DNA of 64,000 nucleotides from Spirochaetia bacterium (lineage in GTDB: Bacteria; Spirochaetota; Spirochaetia; CADAEX01), in NCBI GenBank assembly GCA_963662265.2, contig CAXXHA010000019.1:1-64000 (forward strand). The letters are read 5' to 3'. A model generated the notes under the pieces. That model did not search any database. It was not told the DNA's origin and saw only the letters and a program-made list of their open reading frames with translations. Positions 29,543 to 40,100 of this stretch are shown here, one piece after another. Numbering within the stretch: position 1 is the first letter of the stretch; every line of letters starts with the position of its first letter. The position numbers were made by a program, and so were the translations under genes.

Positions 29543-30821
29543 TCAGAATTTCCCCTTTTAATGTGTTTCCGTTGAGAGAAATAATTTTAAGGTTTACAAA
29601 CTGTCCTATTTTATCATGTTTTCCGTTAAAAACAATCATTTCATCGCTTTCATTCCTGGCAAGAAGTTCTTCCTCATTGTTTTTTGAGACAGACTCGACA
29701 AGGCATCTGCATATTTTTCCGATTTTTCTCTGTTTCTCTTCAAGAGATATTTTCCTCTGAAGTTTTATAATCTTATCAAGCCTTTCAAGTTTAGCTTCTT
29801 TCGTGACTGTGTCTTCAAAATTATAAGAAGCAGTACCTTCACGCGGATTATAATAATAGGTAAAAGCATCTGAATATCTGACTGTTTTCATTATATCGAT
29901 AACTTTCTGAAAATCATCCTCTGTTTCACCCGGAAATCCGATAAGAATATCTGTTGTTATTGAAATGTCAGGTATTGTTTTCTTAAGTTTTTCTACATAT
30001 CCCAGGTAATATGCTGTATCATATTTCCTGTTCATGAGTTTAAGTATTCTGTCAGAACCGTGCTGAACAGGGAGATGGAAATGGTTGCAGATTTTGCTGT
30101 TTTCAGCCATGACTCTTATGAGTTTATCTGATACATCTTTGGGATGAGAGGATGTAAATCGGATCCATTCTATAGAATCTGTGTTTTCCGCTATCATCTG
30201 AAGAAGATCAGGGAAATCAACTTCAGCATTATATGAATTAACATTCTGACCAAGTAGTGTTATCTCTTTCACATTTTTTGATTCAAGATATTTTATTTCA
30301 TCAAGAATATCGGAAATGCTTCGTGATACTTCTCTACCTCTGACGTATGGAACAATGCAGTAACTGCAGAAATTGTTGCAGCCATGCATGATAGGGACAA
30401 ATGCCTTGAATGCTCCCTCTTTGTAATGGAGCTTCTGGAATTCGAAGATGCTGCTGTTTGTTGAATCGGAATAATTGTCATTAATAAAATCTATAATATT
30501 TTGTTTATTAAATGTTCCAGATACAAAATCAACAGGCGATGTTCTGGATTTCAAGCTGTCCCCAAGCCTTTCTGCCATACATCCAGTAATAATCAGCCTG
30601 AGTTCCGGATTTGTTTCCTTTACTTTTTTATAGAAACCGATCCTTCCGTAGATCCTGTCTTCTGCTGTTTTTCTGACAGAACAGGTATTGATTATCACAA
30701 CAGATGCTTCGTTTGGCGATTCAGTTTCTTTCCATCCGTTCCCGTTGAGTTCAAGTTCCAGTGCATCAGATTCCGCCTTGTTCATCTGGCATCCGTAAGT
30801 TTCAATCAGATATCTGTTCAT
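29529..30821 (-). CDS. miaB: tRNA 2-methylthio-N6-isopentenyl-A37 methylthiotransferase
   Basis: 'ETYGCQMN', 'INTCSVR', radical SAM 'GCNNFCSYC', 'GFPGETEDDF', C-terminal TRAM domain. Start likely at 30821. Confidence 0.95.
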   Translation of the reverse strand: MNRYLIETYGCQMNKAESDALELELNGNGWKETESPNEASVVIINTCSVRKTAEDRIYGRIGFYKKVKETNPELRLIITGCMAERLGDSLKSRTSPVDFVSGTFNKQNIIDFINDNYSDSTNSSIFEFQKLHYKEGAFKAFVPIMHGCNNFCSYCIVPYVRGREVSRSISDILDEIKYLESKNVKEITLLGQNVNSYNAEVDFPDLLQMIAENTDSIEWIRFTSSHPKDVSDKLIRVMAENSKICNHFHLPVQHGSDRILKLMNRKYDTAYYLGYVEKLKKTIPDISITTDILIGFPGETEDDFQKVIDIMKTVRYSDAFTYYYNPREGTASYNFEDTVTKEAKLERLDKIIKLQRKISLEEKQRKIGKICRCLVESVSKNNEEELLARNESDEMIVFNGKHDKIGQFVNLKIISLNGNTLKGEILNDEI

Positions 30822-32816
30822 ATTTATTCCCTTCAATAATGCAGTTTATATAGTATTTCAATTCATCCCAGTCATTGTCTTTAGGTACAAGAATCCAGGC
30901 ACCCTTGTAGAAATCATCATCAACTTCATCTTCAGTTTTCCCAAGATAAAGAAGATTAGAATATGTCTGGTCCAGTACATTTTCTGTTGATAAAACATTC
31001 TGCCTGATTGTATCAATTGTATTTATTTTATTGTACAGGCTGAATATTTCCATCATATTCATGTTTGTATCAATATAGGAAAGCAGTGTTTTAAATATAT
31101 CAAGAACTTTGTTAAGGTCACCAATGCCTATTTCCCGGAAACGATCCTTAACACTGATAAGGATTTTCTGCTGACGGGAGTCCCTGGAGAAAACAGGCGT
31201 AAAATGCCTTGCCCTGGCTATCCTGAGTGCTTCTACTCCGTTAACATGATGAGTTCCTTTCCTGTAGTAGAGAGTCGACCATTTGCCGTTGTTTCTTACT
31301 TTATATGTAGGATCAACGAGATCTTCGGAAAGTTCGACATCTATGCCGTCGAGAATATTAATAACATCAATAAAAGCAAACATATCAATTATTATATAAC
31401 CTGAAATATCAAGACCTGACAGCAATGAGATTATTTCAGTAAGTTTTTCAGCACCGTAAGTCTTGTAGTAACTGTTGATTTTCCTTCCGTTATAATACAA
31501 ATCTCTGGGGATGCTGAAAAAGTCAATTATCATGTTTTCAAAATCAACTGTAACGAGAATTATTGTATCAGCATTGCGTTCATGGGAACCGCAGATCAGG
31601 AAGTTGTATCTTGAAACAGAAGAATTATCCAGGTTTAAATTCAGTTTTTTTTTTTTGAAGATGAGTCAAATCGGTTCAGGGAGGATAAAGGTACCTCTTC
31701 ATGGTCTGTAAGGTATATTTCCCCGCTGACTTTATGAACAGCATAGGAACCGATTTTTAAACCTGTCTCCAGGGAATTTATATCATAATAATAATAGTCC
31801 TTGTCTTCCCTGACAGTGTCGGAAAATGCATAACCGTTATCTGATAGGTATTTAATGAAATTTTCATCTTCATTCAGGATTTTAAGATTTTCCCTGGATT
31901 TTTCTATTCTTTTTTCATCATCAGTTCTGATATCGCACTTATGACTTATATTGAGGATATCATTTCTGAGAGTATTGTAATCAGTATATTTTTTGCTGCA
32001 GAAACTGAATATATTTTCTGCATGATCAAGAATAACAGTTGCAATTGTAACTCCTGATTCCCTTTTTATTTTGACAGCAGTTTTTTCCTGTCCTGAACTG
32101 AAATTATCAAAATAGAGTTTGTTTTTTCTCAAAGTTGCTTTTACAACTGAATCGCCGGTAATGTTTCTTAATTCAGTTATGTTTGCATTTAATGCTTTAT
32201 AAAGAGATCTTACCAGAGGAGTTGTAACTGTTATATATTCAGAAGCTTTTTCTGCTGAAGCATCAGGGAAAAATCCTTTATCTATGCTGCTGAAGACAGA
32301 TTCTGCAATAATTGTATTATCAGAACTGTCAGCTTTCAGCCTGAAATAAATATTACCGCTGTTGTCCTGTAAAATATAACCGTCGCCGGTTTCCATGATT
32401 TCCAGGCTGCTTTCTGATGCTGCTGATTTAAGTAAATCACTATCAGCCATTAATGAAAGTTTTCTCAAAAGCTCGGTATCATTGAAATGATTTTTCAGAT
32501 ATTCGAAACCCAGGAAATATACTGTATTATCTGATTCCTGTTTTGTATTGCTGCTGTTATTGTTTCCGTCAGATGATTCAAAAGAATAATCTGACTCGGG
32601 AAGGCCCACCAGGTTACGTGTCTGGTTGACATCAGAACTCAGCCTGACAAGGTTTTTTCTTATTATTTCTATCTGTTCATTATTTACAGTAAATTCCGAT
32701 ATAATTCTATCTTCAATGCTGCCTGTTTTTTTCAATATTACAGCAAGAGTGATAATAATCAGTAAAAGAGGAAGAACTACAGCTGTATATAAAAGTATTT
32801 TCTTTATATTAAGCAC
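30802..32816 (-). CDS. LytR-CpsA-Psr (LCP) family protein with a long N-terminal extracytoplasmic region, split by one frameshift at an A12 run
   Basis: After the A12 (31645-31656) the -1 frame reads 'YNFLICGSHERNADTIILV...SIPRDL...KINS...GVEALRIARAR...SRDSRQQ', which are LCP motifs. N-terminal TM anchor in the 31641-32816 ORF. Confidence 0.8.
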
Positions 32817-32817
32817 T

Positions 32818-34086
32818 TTAGTGTTTGAAACTCCTCTGACCGGTAAAAACCATTGCCGCGTTATATTCGTTGCATGCTTCTATTGATTCGAAATCCCTTA
32901 GAGACCCGCCAGGCTGTACAACTGCTGTTACACCTTCTGAAAGTCCGACATCAATACCATCTCGGAATGGAAAAAAAGCATCAGAAACCATTGAGCTGCC
33001 TTTGAGGCCGCCATTGACAGCTGATGTTTCCTTTATTATTTCTTCAGCCTTGTCTTTATCATTGAGGAGGTTCCATGGAGTCTTAAATTTCTCCCATGCG
33101 AGTCTGTCCCAGGATTTTCTGTAGGCTTTGTCACGTGCAATTTCTGCAACACCTACCCTGTCCTGTTCTCCTGTACCAATACCGACTGTAACGCCGTCTT
33201 TAACATATATTACTGAATTACTTGTAATGCCGCTCTCGACAAGCCATCCGAAAACAAGGTCATCATATTCCCTGTCGCTTGGCTGCCTGTTTACAGAGTA
33301 CTTTTTATCCCTGTATACAGTTTCAGCTTTGAGGAAATCATCCTTACTGAGAGTTTCAGGGGAATATGACCACTGGGTAATTATACCTCCGTCCATCATC
33401 GATTTAAAATCAATGACCCGCTTACCTATGTAATTATGAAGTTTTGAAATGGAATTGATTCTCATGACTCGGAGGTTCTTTTTCTTGCTGAAAATTTCCA
33501 TAACACCTTCTTCAAAATCAGGAGCAGCAACAACTTCTGTATAGTTCGCACAGATAAGCTGTGCAGTTTCAACATCTACTGCCCTGTTTAAAGCAACAGC
33601 TCCGCCGAAAGCCGCAACCCTGTCTGCCATAAGCGCCTTATGGTAAGCTTCGGAAAGGTTGGCCGCTTTTGCAGCACCGCAGGGGTTATTGTGTTTAACA
33701 ATAATTGAAACAGGAGTATCTGAGAAATACCTCATTATATTCAGAGCATTGTCAACATCTGTTATATTGGTTTTTCCGGGATGTTTGCCTGACTGAAGCA
33801 GTTCAACATCGGAAGCTAGGTACTGCCCAGGCTGTATGGTTTCTACATCTCCAAGAGTGATATTGCCGTTTACAAGCCTGTAAAGAGATGCTTCCTGACC
33901 CGGGTTTTCACCGTATCTCAACCCTTTTTTCTCACCGTCAATGACCCATTCCGCTTTTTCGAAGAAAAGTGTCTGCCGGTTATCATCATTATCATAAAAT
34001 GATATATCCATTTTTGAGGGAAAAGAATCACTGTTGACAGTGTGGTACATTTTCTTAAGGTTATCCATTCCTGCTTTATACTCCAT
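32818..34086 (-). CDS. purH: AICAR transformylase (stand-alone C-terminal half of PurH)
   Basis: 'LRYGENPGQ', 'VKHNNPCG', 'AFGG', 'SNSV...GIGTGEQDRV', 'SDAFFPFRDG', 'QPGGSLRD', 'GQRSFKH'. Confidence 0.9.
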   Translation of the reverse strand: MEYKAGMDNLKKMYHTVNSDSFPSKMDISFYDNDDNRQTLFFEKAEWVIDGEKKGLRYGENPGQEASLYRLVNGNITLGDVETIQPGQYLASDVELLQSGKHPGKTNITDVDNALNIMRYFSDTPVSIIVKHNNPCGAAKAANLSEAYHKALMADRVAAFGGAVALNRAVDVETAQLICANYTEVVAAPDFEEGVMEIFSKKKNLRVMRINSISKLHNYIGKRVIDFKSMMDGGIITQWSYSPETLSKDDFLKAETVYRDKKYSVNRQPSDREYDDLVFGWLVESGITSNSVIYVKDGVTVGIGTGEQDRVGVAEIARDKAYRKSWDRLAWEKFKTPWNLLNDKDKAEEIIKETSAVNGGLKGSSMVSDAFFPFRDGIDVGLSEGVTAVVQPGGSLRDFESIEACNEYNAAMVFTGQRSFKH

Positions 34087-34107
34087 TTATAATATGTTCA
34101 TTATATA

Positions 34108-34782
34108 TTAATTATAGATTTTATCTACGTTATTGAAATCAAGAGATGTGAAATAACTGCTTATTGCTGAATCATAATCAGCTGTATGTGTAAATGTCTT
34201 GCCTGAAAGTCTGAATCTTGTTTCGAGAGAAAGAAACCCGCCTGATTCTTTGAGTTCATCAATAATAGAACTGTAGTCTGAAGGGTTACAAACTGAAGCA
34301 ACTCTAAGAAAATTTTTGGCTGAAGCTCTTAGCATGCATGGACCGCCGATATCAATGTTGGTACGTGCATTTTCAGCCGTTATATCTTTTTTTGAAACTG
34401 TTTCCTTGAATGGATAAAGGTTTACTATAACCATGTCAAAGGATACGGCTGATACTCTTTTTATATCATCCTGATGATCATTATTGTAGGTTTCACTAAG
34501 GAGTCCCATATATATTTTGAAATCCAGGGTTTTAACAAGTCCTCCCTGCATCTCCGGCTGGCCTGTGTAATCTGAAACTGAAATAAGGTTTTCCCCTTCT
34601 TTAATACAGTCTATTTCCAGCAGCTTCTTGTAAGTACCGCCTGTTGAAAAAAACCTTACTGAAGGATTTATGGAAACAATTTCCTTAACAAAGGAATCGA
34701 GACCGCTTTTATCTGATACACTCAGAAGAATGTTGTTTATTTTTACATTTTTATCGATTTTATCGACAATATTTAATGCCAT
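34108..34782 (-). CDS. IMP cyclohydrolase (stand-alone N-terminal MGS-like half of PurH)
   Basis: 'LLSVSDKSGL', 'STGGT', 'YTGQPEMQGGLVKTL', 'VNLYPF', 'IDIGGPCMLRASAKN', 'HTADYD'. Start likely MALNIV at 34782. Confidence 0.88.
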   Translation of the reverse strand: MALNIVDKIDKNVKINNILLSVSDKSGLDSFVKEIVSINPSVRFFSTGGTYKKLLEIDCIKEGENLISVSDYTGQPEMQGGLVKTLDFKIYMGLLSETYNNDHQDDIKRVSAVSFDMVIVNLYPFKETVSKKDITAENARTNIDIGGPCMLRASAKNFLRVASVCNPSDYSSIIDELKESGGFLSLETRFRLSGKTFTHTADYDSAISSYFTSLDFNNVDKIYN

Positions 34783-34854
34783 TTTTTGCCCCTTTTTCCG
34801 ATGCAGGATACAATAAATCTGAAGTGATTTCAAGATTTATAACAACTTGTTTAC

Positions 34855-34883
34855 TTGCAAAAAGGTTACTCAGGTGATATCTT
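34855..34883 (+). promoter_or_regulatory. Putative sigma70 promoter for the OMP operon
   Basis: TTGCAA-N17-TATCTT with an extended -10 TG. Confidence 0.4.
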
Positions 34884-34898
34884 ATTCGCAAGGTGGGT

Positions 34899-34962
34899 TA
34901 TACCCTGTGGGCATTATGTACCCTGTTGGGTATGATGTATACATATATTGGTAAAATGTACT
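34899..34962. repeat. Degenerate ~18-21-bp tandem repeats with TACCC-Nx-GGGTA dyads
   Basis: TACCCTGTGGGCATTATG (34901), TACCCTGTTGGGTATGATG (34919), and a weaker third copy TACATATATTGGTAAAATG (34940). Confidence 0.55.
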
Positions 34963-35130
34963 TGGATTGATGAAGAATTTATTTAAATTTGATTGGATAT
35001 AGGACATATTGTCATAAACTGCACAAGGTGCTTTTTAATAATCTTAAAAGGATTATTAAGCCATAATGAATAAATTACAGGTTAATAACACTGATTTTTT
35101 GAAGAATGGTAAAAGGGTACTGCGAAGCTT

Positions 35131-35775
35131 TTGATATATACAGAAAAAAATAAAGCAAAGGATATAATTTTGAAAAGAAATTATTTAATATTATTGATAT
35201 TTTTACTGCTTGTACCAGTCATGGTAAGCTATTCACAGGAAGAAGAAGAAGAGTTCTATGAGGAAGTCTATGGTCTCGGAGACCAGACATTTACAATTAC
35301 AGCAGGACTTTTTCATCCGCTATTTTACTCGACTCCAAGCTTTGAATTTGTTGATGACAATCTTTCAATGGGTGGATGCGGGTCACTTCAGTGGAATGCG
35401 TATATAAATACCAAATGGTCTCTCGGCGGAGAGTTCGGAGGTATGTTTGCATTTACCCCGAATGACAGAATACTTTACATGATGCCGCTGACATTCAAAG
35501 TAACAAGATACTTCAGAGCATACCCTTTTGAATTCCCTGTGTTTCTGGGAGCAGGCTTCAGTTTCAACAGTGTAGCTGATGCATTTCATCTTGACCCGAT
35601 ACTAAAGCCGGGTGCAGGTGCTTACTGGAACATGAATGAGGAATGGGCATTCGGGTTTAATCTTGTTTACTGGTGGGTTCCCCAGATTTACACCGGAAGC
35701 GGGAAAGTTCCTGCAAGCAATACAAGATTCGGCCACTTTCTTGAAACTTCACTGTCATCGATGTTCAGGTTCTAA
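35131..35775 (+). CDS. TP0733-family 8-stranded outer membrane beta-barrel (OmpW/OprG-like)
   Basis: Signal peptide; strands 'GDQTFTITAG', 'WSLGGEFGGMF', 'FEFPVFLGAG', 'LKPGAGAYW', 'WAFGFNLVYWWVPQ'; C-terminal Phe. True start may be TTG at 35170. Confidence 0.75.
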   Translation: MIYTEKNKAKDIILKRNYLILLIFLLLVPVMVSYSQEEEEEFYEEVYGLGDQTFTITAGLFHPLFYSTPSFEFVDDNLSMGGCGSLQWNAYINTKWSLGGEFGGMFAFTPNDRILYMMPLTFKVTRYFRAYPFEFPVFLGAGFSFNSVADAFHLDPILKPGAGAYWNMNEEWAFGFNLVYWWVPQIYTGSGKVPASNTRFGHFLETSLSSMFRF

Positions 35776-35786
35776 GGATTATTATT

Positions 35787-36920
35787 ATGAGAAAAAACAA
35801 TATAATTTTGAAAGCCATGGTGTTTTTCACACTTGCAGCTCTATGCTTTTCTTTTGTTTCATGCAACCAGAGTGATATCGGTATATTCTACGGTATTGAA
35901 AAAGAGCAAAAAATAGTAGACAGATCTCTTTCCAATTCGCTTACTATAGGGGCAATGGATAAGCTTGGTTCAACACTGTATATTGCAGCAGGTAAGGTTT
36001 ATAAGAAAACTTCCGGGACAAACAACGAATGGTCAAAGTGTTCTACCCCTTCAGGGTATGATTTATGTACAAGCCTTACTGTTTTTGAAGATACTACTAT
36101 CTTTGCTGTATGGTTTAATAAAGACACAGCTGAAACAGCTTTTTTAAAGTCAACAGACGGGAATTCATGGTCTTCAGTATCTGGAAGTTTTTCAGGAGAA
36201 TTTTCACTTGTAAAATCAGCCCATGCTGCATCAAATGACGGAGTGATGGTTGTTTCTACTGTAACAGATTCCCAGAATAATAAAGGTAATTATTATACAA
36301 CAGTAGATGGAAGTACATTTTCGCTTATATCAGGAGTTAATGCACTCGGAGGTCATTTTGATATTGATTATGATGGCTCAAACTACTGGTTTTTAACTAA
36401 AGAAAATATTTATGAAGAAACTGATACAGATTTATCAACACTTCCTTCAGCATCTCTAACAAAAATCGATAAAGATGAGTATTTTAACTATCTTTATGCC
36501 TATGATGAAACTCATGTTTATGTAAACAGGTCTTACGGTAAATTCAGTTTCTACAACAATTCAACATGGAATAAAGAAATCGAAGATATTACTCCGAATG
36601 TAAATGACATGATTGTTTTTGAAGTAAACTCAACTCCCACATTTTTTGTCGGTACTTATTATATGGGATACTTTGAACCTACTTCCCCGGGACTATCAAT
36701 AAGCGATCTTGATGACCCTGAAAGCGATTCAATAACATGCGACTACCAGACATATAATGCAAGTGATCTTGATTCTGCAGCAGTTCAAGGTTTTTACCAC
36801 GATGATCTTAATACTGTTGGAGATACTTCCGATGATGAACTGTATGCCCTTACATACGGACGGGGACTCTGGAAAAATGTTGATGACAATGACGGCGGAA
36901 GGAAATGGGAAAGGGAATAA
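35787..36920 (+). CDS. Acidic, Ser/Thr-rich lipoprotein (possible beta-propeller)
   Basis: Lipobox 'SFVSC'; short beta-strand repeats 'LYIAAGKVYKK', 'STDGNSWS', 'FFVGTYYMGY', 'LYALTYGRGLWK'. Confidence 0.65.
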   Translation: MRKNNIILKAMVFFTLAALCFSFVSCNQSDIGIFYGIEKEQKIVDRSLSNSLTIGAMDKLGSTLYIAAGKVYKKTSGTNNEWSKCSTPSGYDLCTSLTVFEDTTIFAVWFNKDTAETAFLKSTDGNSWSSVSGSFSGEFSLVKSAHAASNDGVMVVSTVTDSQNNKGNYYTTVDGSTFSLISGVNALGGHFDIDYDGSNYWFLTKENIYEETDTDLSTLPSASLTKIDKDEYFNYLYAYDETHVYVNRSYGKFSFYNNSTWNKEIEDITPNVNDMIVFEVNSTPTFFVGTYYMGYFEPTSPGLSISDLDDPESDSITCDYQTYNASDLDSAAVQGFYHDDLNTVGDTSDDELYALTYGRGLWKNVDDNDGGRKWERE

Positions 36921-36942
36921 GAAATTAAATTATTTATAATAT

Positions 36943-36972
36943 AAAAGCATCCTTTTAACGGATGCTTTTTTT
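36943..36972 (+). terminator. Intrinsic terminator (possibly bidirectional)
   Basis: AAAAGCATCC-ttttaac-GGATGCTTTTTTT. Confidence 0.75.
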
Positions 36973-37121
36973 ATAGCTGATAAGTTCTATTTCAAAATAA
37001 TGAAATAAATCGGACAAAAGTTCAACAGGTAAAATATTGTGCTGAATGAAAAAACATCTGATATTTGTGCTGTGTTTATTTAATTGAATAATTAAAAGTG
37101 AATAACTCTATAAAAAGAGAA

Positions 37122-40100
37122 TTATTCCTTCAGCACTGTAACTCCGGATGATCTTCTTATTAGCTTCTGCTTGGGTGTGAAGCTGCTTTCTTTGATAAGT
37201 ACTGTTCCGTTCCCGCTGAAATCCATCAATGTTTTTTCCATACCTGACAGTGTATTGATATCAGAAGAATAAATTTCTATAATTGAATTATTTGAAGATA
37301 TAAAACCCCCGTTAACTGAATTATTAAGTGTAATATCGCTGTTTTCAAATCTCAACTCGATATCATCAACTTCAAAACTGGAAAAAGTATTGTTTTCGCT
37401 ATTGATAATTGACATTGTATTGTTGAAATTTATTTTACCCTTATTTGATAAAAGAAGACTGCTGTCGGAAATGCTGTTGAGATTGATATTGGAATCTGTG
37501 ACATTTATATCTGAAGCAATTGAATCAATATAAACAGATTTCTTTGAATCCTGTGATTCAGAAAAAAAGGAATCAAGGATCTGTATACGATCCTTTTCCG
37601 ACTTGAAAAAATAGGAATTAACCCCTGAGATAATTTTCACCCTTACATTGCTGTTTTTTAATGAGCTGTTAACTGATTTTGAAAACAATGAATTATCACT
37701 GTTGAGAAGAAAAGATGAATCAGAAATATCAGCAGTGCTTCTGTTGCAGTTCAAAGAAGTTATTTCTGAAGCTGATATAATATCCAGATTACTATCCTTT
37801 ATTTTAAGATGTCCGTAATCTGAGACAAGAGGCCGTGAATAGAAAACTGTTTCCTGTGTAAGGTCAGTATTTTCGATTATTGTTGTGCTGTTTTTCGCAT
37901 TAACAGATGTACTGCAATTAATTTTTATTTCAGAATTATCAAAAACAACCAGTGAGTTTTCCGCATTTATGAAAGTATTTTTATAAATTTTAGATATCAT
38001 TGTTATATCTTTCAGAATCAATGATGAATCATTCAGGCTGAAAAGAGAAGCTGCTCCGGGAGACTTGTCTGTGATAAAAGTTTTTCCGGATGTTCCTTTA
38101 ATAAGGAGTGTCTGCTGCGCCTGTACTTTATTATTGATTTCATAATTGCCGGGCATCAGGAAAAACGTATCAACTTCCCCGTTCCTGTAAATATCAAAAG
38201 CCCTGTCCAGTGTTTTTACAGGATAATCAGAATCAGTCCCTTTATTTTTGTCGTTCCCTTTTGAATGAGAAACATAAACTGCTTTCCCTGAAATATAAAA
38301 AGAATCTTCAGAAGCATCGCTCAGATTTCCCGCCTTGTCTCTGGAATATGCTTTAATAATATAGCGACCTGGTGGAAGATACCTGTTGAGCATGAAAGGT
38401 TTAATGTATTTTTTGTATTCAGGATTAATGATACCTGTTTTTTCAGGGTATGCGGTATATAGGACAGTGTTTTCACCTGATATATGTATTTTATTATTAT
38501 CTTTGATAGTTATTGCAGGTTTTTCAGGTTTTTTCTTATCAATAAATATTCTGAAGATTTTTTCTTCAGACCCTTTATTATCATTAATATCAAAATATGC
38601 TTTAACTGCTATGTAAAAAGCTTTTTCCTCTCCAGAATTCATATCAAAAGCAACCGGACTTTCCATAACAGAAGAATATGAATTTACTGCTGGAAGGGAT
38701 TTTTCTGTATTTGATATTTCATACCGGTAAATAAAATTATTTGAAGGTTTATTAATAACAACATTGTCAGGAGTTATATAATTTTCAGTTAATGAGTCAA
38801 ATGTAATTTCTGGATAGTTCCTGTTGTCAATTACAAAACTTATAATATCACTTTCAGCTGATCTGTTCCCTGCCCTGTCCTGGCTTGCAGTTTTCAGATA
38901 TACTGTTTTTCTGTCTTTTTCAGGAAGAGGAATAACTATTGTGTTGTCTGAGGCACGTGTGCCGTTAAAAGGTGAATCTATACTGTTTTTATCTGAAGAA
39001 TAGCTGTAATAAACAGTATTGCCGCTTTCAGTGCCTTTTAATCTGATGACAGCGTTATCTGAATAATAAACAGATTTGAGATGATGTATCTGCGGAATTT
39101 CTGGTTTTATTTTATCTATATGGAAATAAAATATTTGAATATTACCCCTGTTGGAATTAACAGAAGAAACAGGAAGAATTTTCATTGTATAGTATTTTTC
39201 CTCACCATCTGCACAGTCAAGAACTAAATTGGAAGTCAGTTTTTTTGAATTAATATCAGGATCCCGGGGAGGAATAAGATTTTCTGAAAGTGTATAATAT
39301 ATTTCATAATCATGTTTGAAAAAATCTTTTAAAACATTGAAACTGCTGCTGGAAAGATTTTCTTTTTTTAAAAAGCCGGAATCAACGATATCAGGATATC
39401 TGTTGTCAAATACAAGTTTTTTCAATCCCGGCATGCTTTTATTTTCATATTTATCCAGAGAAAAATATTCAACAGAAATATTTTCCAGAATACCGGGGAT
39501 TGTTTCAATTCGGAAAGCTTTTGTGTATTTGAGATAATTACCTGATTTAATATCTTCCCTGATAAAACGGTAAAAAACATCATATTTGCTTTTAAATTCA
39601 ATTAAATTATCTTGAATAATAATTTCAGGGATTTCAGGGGGATAGTGGTCTACTGAAAGATTATTAATAACAAGAGGTTCAGAAATAATTCCATATTCAT
39701 CTGCAGTACACACCTTTACTGAGTAGTTACTGTCTCTGCCGTAGGGATTTTTCAGGACTATAAAGTTTTCAGCTGTTGCAGAAGACTTTTCCGGGTTTTC
39801 AGCAGTCTTTATGTCACTTATTGAATAAATAAATGATTTGTTTTTTTCCTGCCTGAGTATTATTTTTCTGCTGCCATCTGATAATGTTTTAATACCTTCG
39901 AGAACAGGTCTTTCAGGTGTTATTTTTTTTGTATTATTTATTTCATTATCATTTTTCAAAGAAGTGCTTCTTTCATCAAAAAGGTAAAAATATCTGTAGC
40001 AGTATCCTGAATAATCATCATATGTCTTCAGATAAACAGTATTATAATTTACACGTAAGGGATCGGAGGATAGTTTTACAGGTCTGTCATATCTTGAAAA

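Noticed and set aside
34899-34962. Mini-CRISPR interpretation of the tandem repeats
   Set aside because: Repeats are short, degenerate and contiguous with no spacers, and there are no cas genes.
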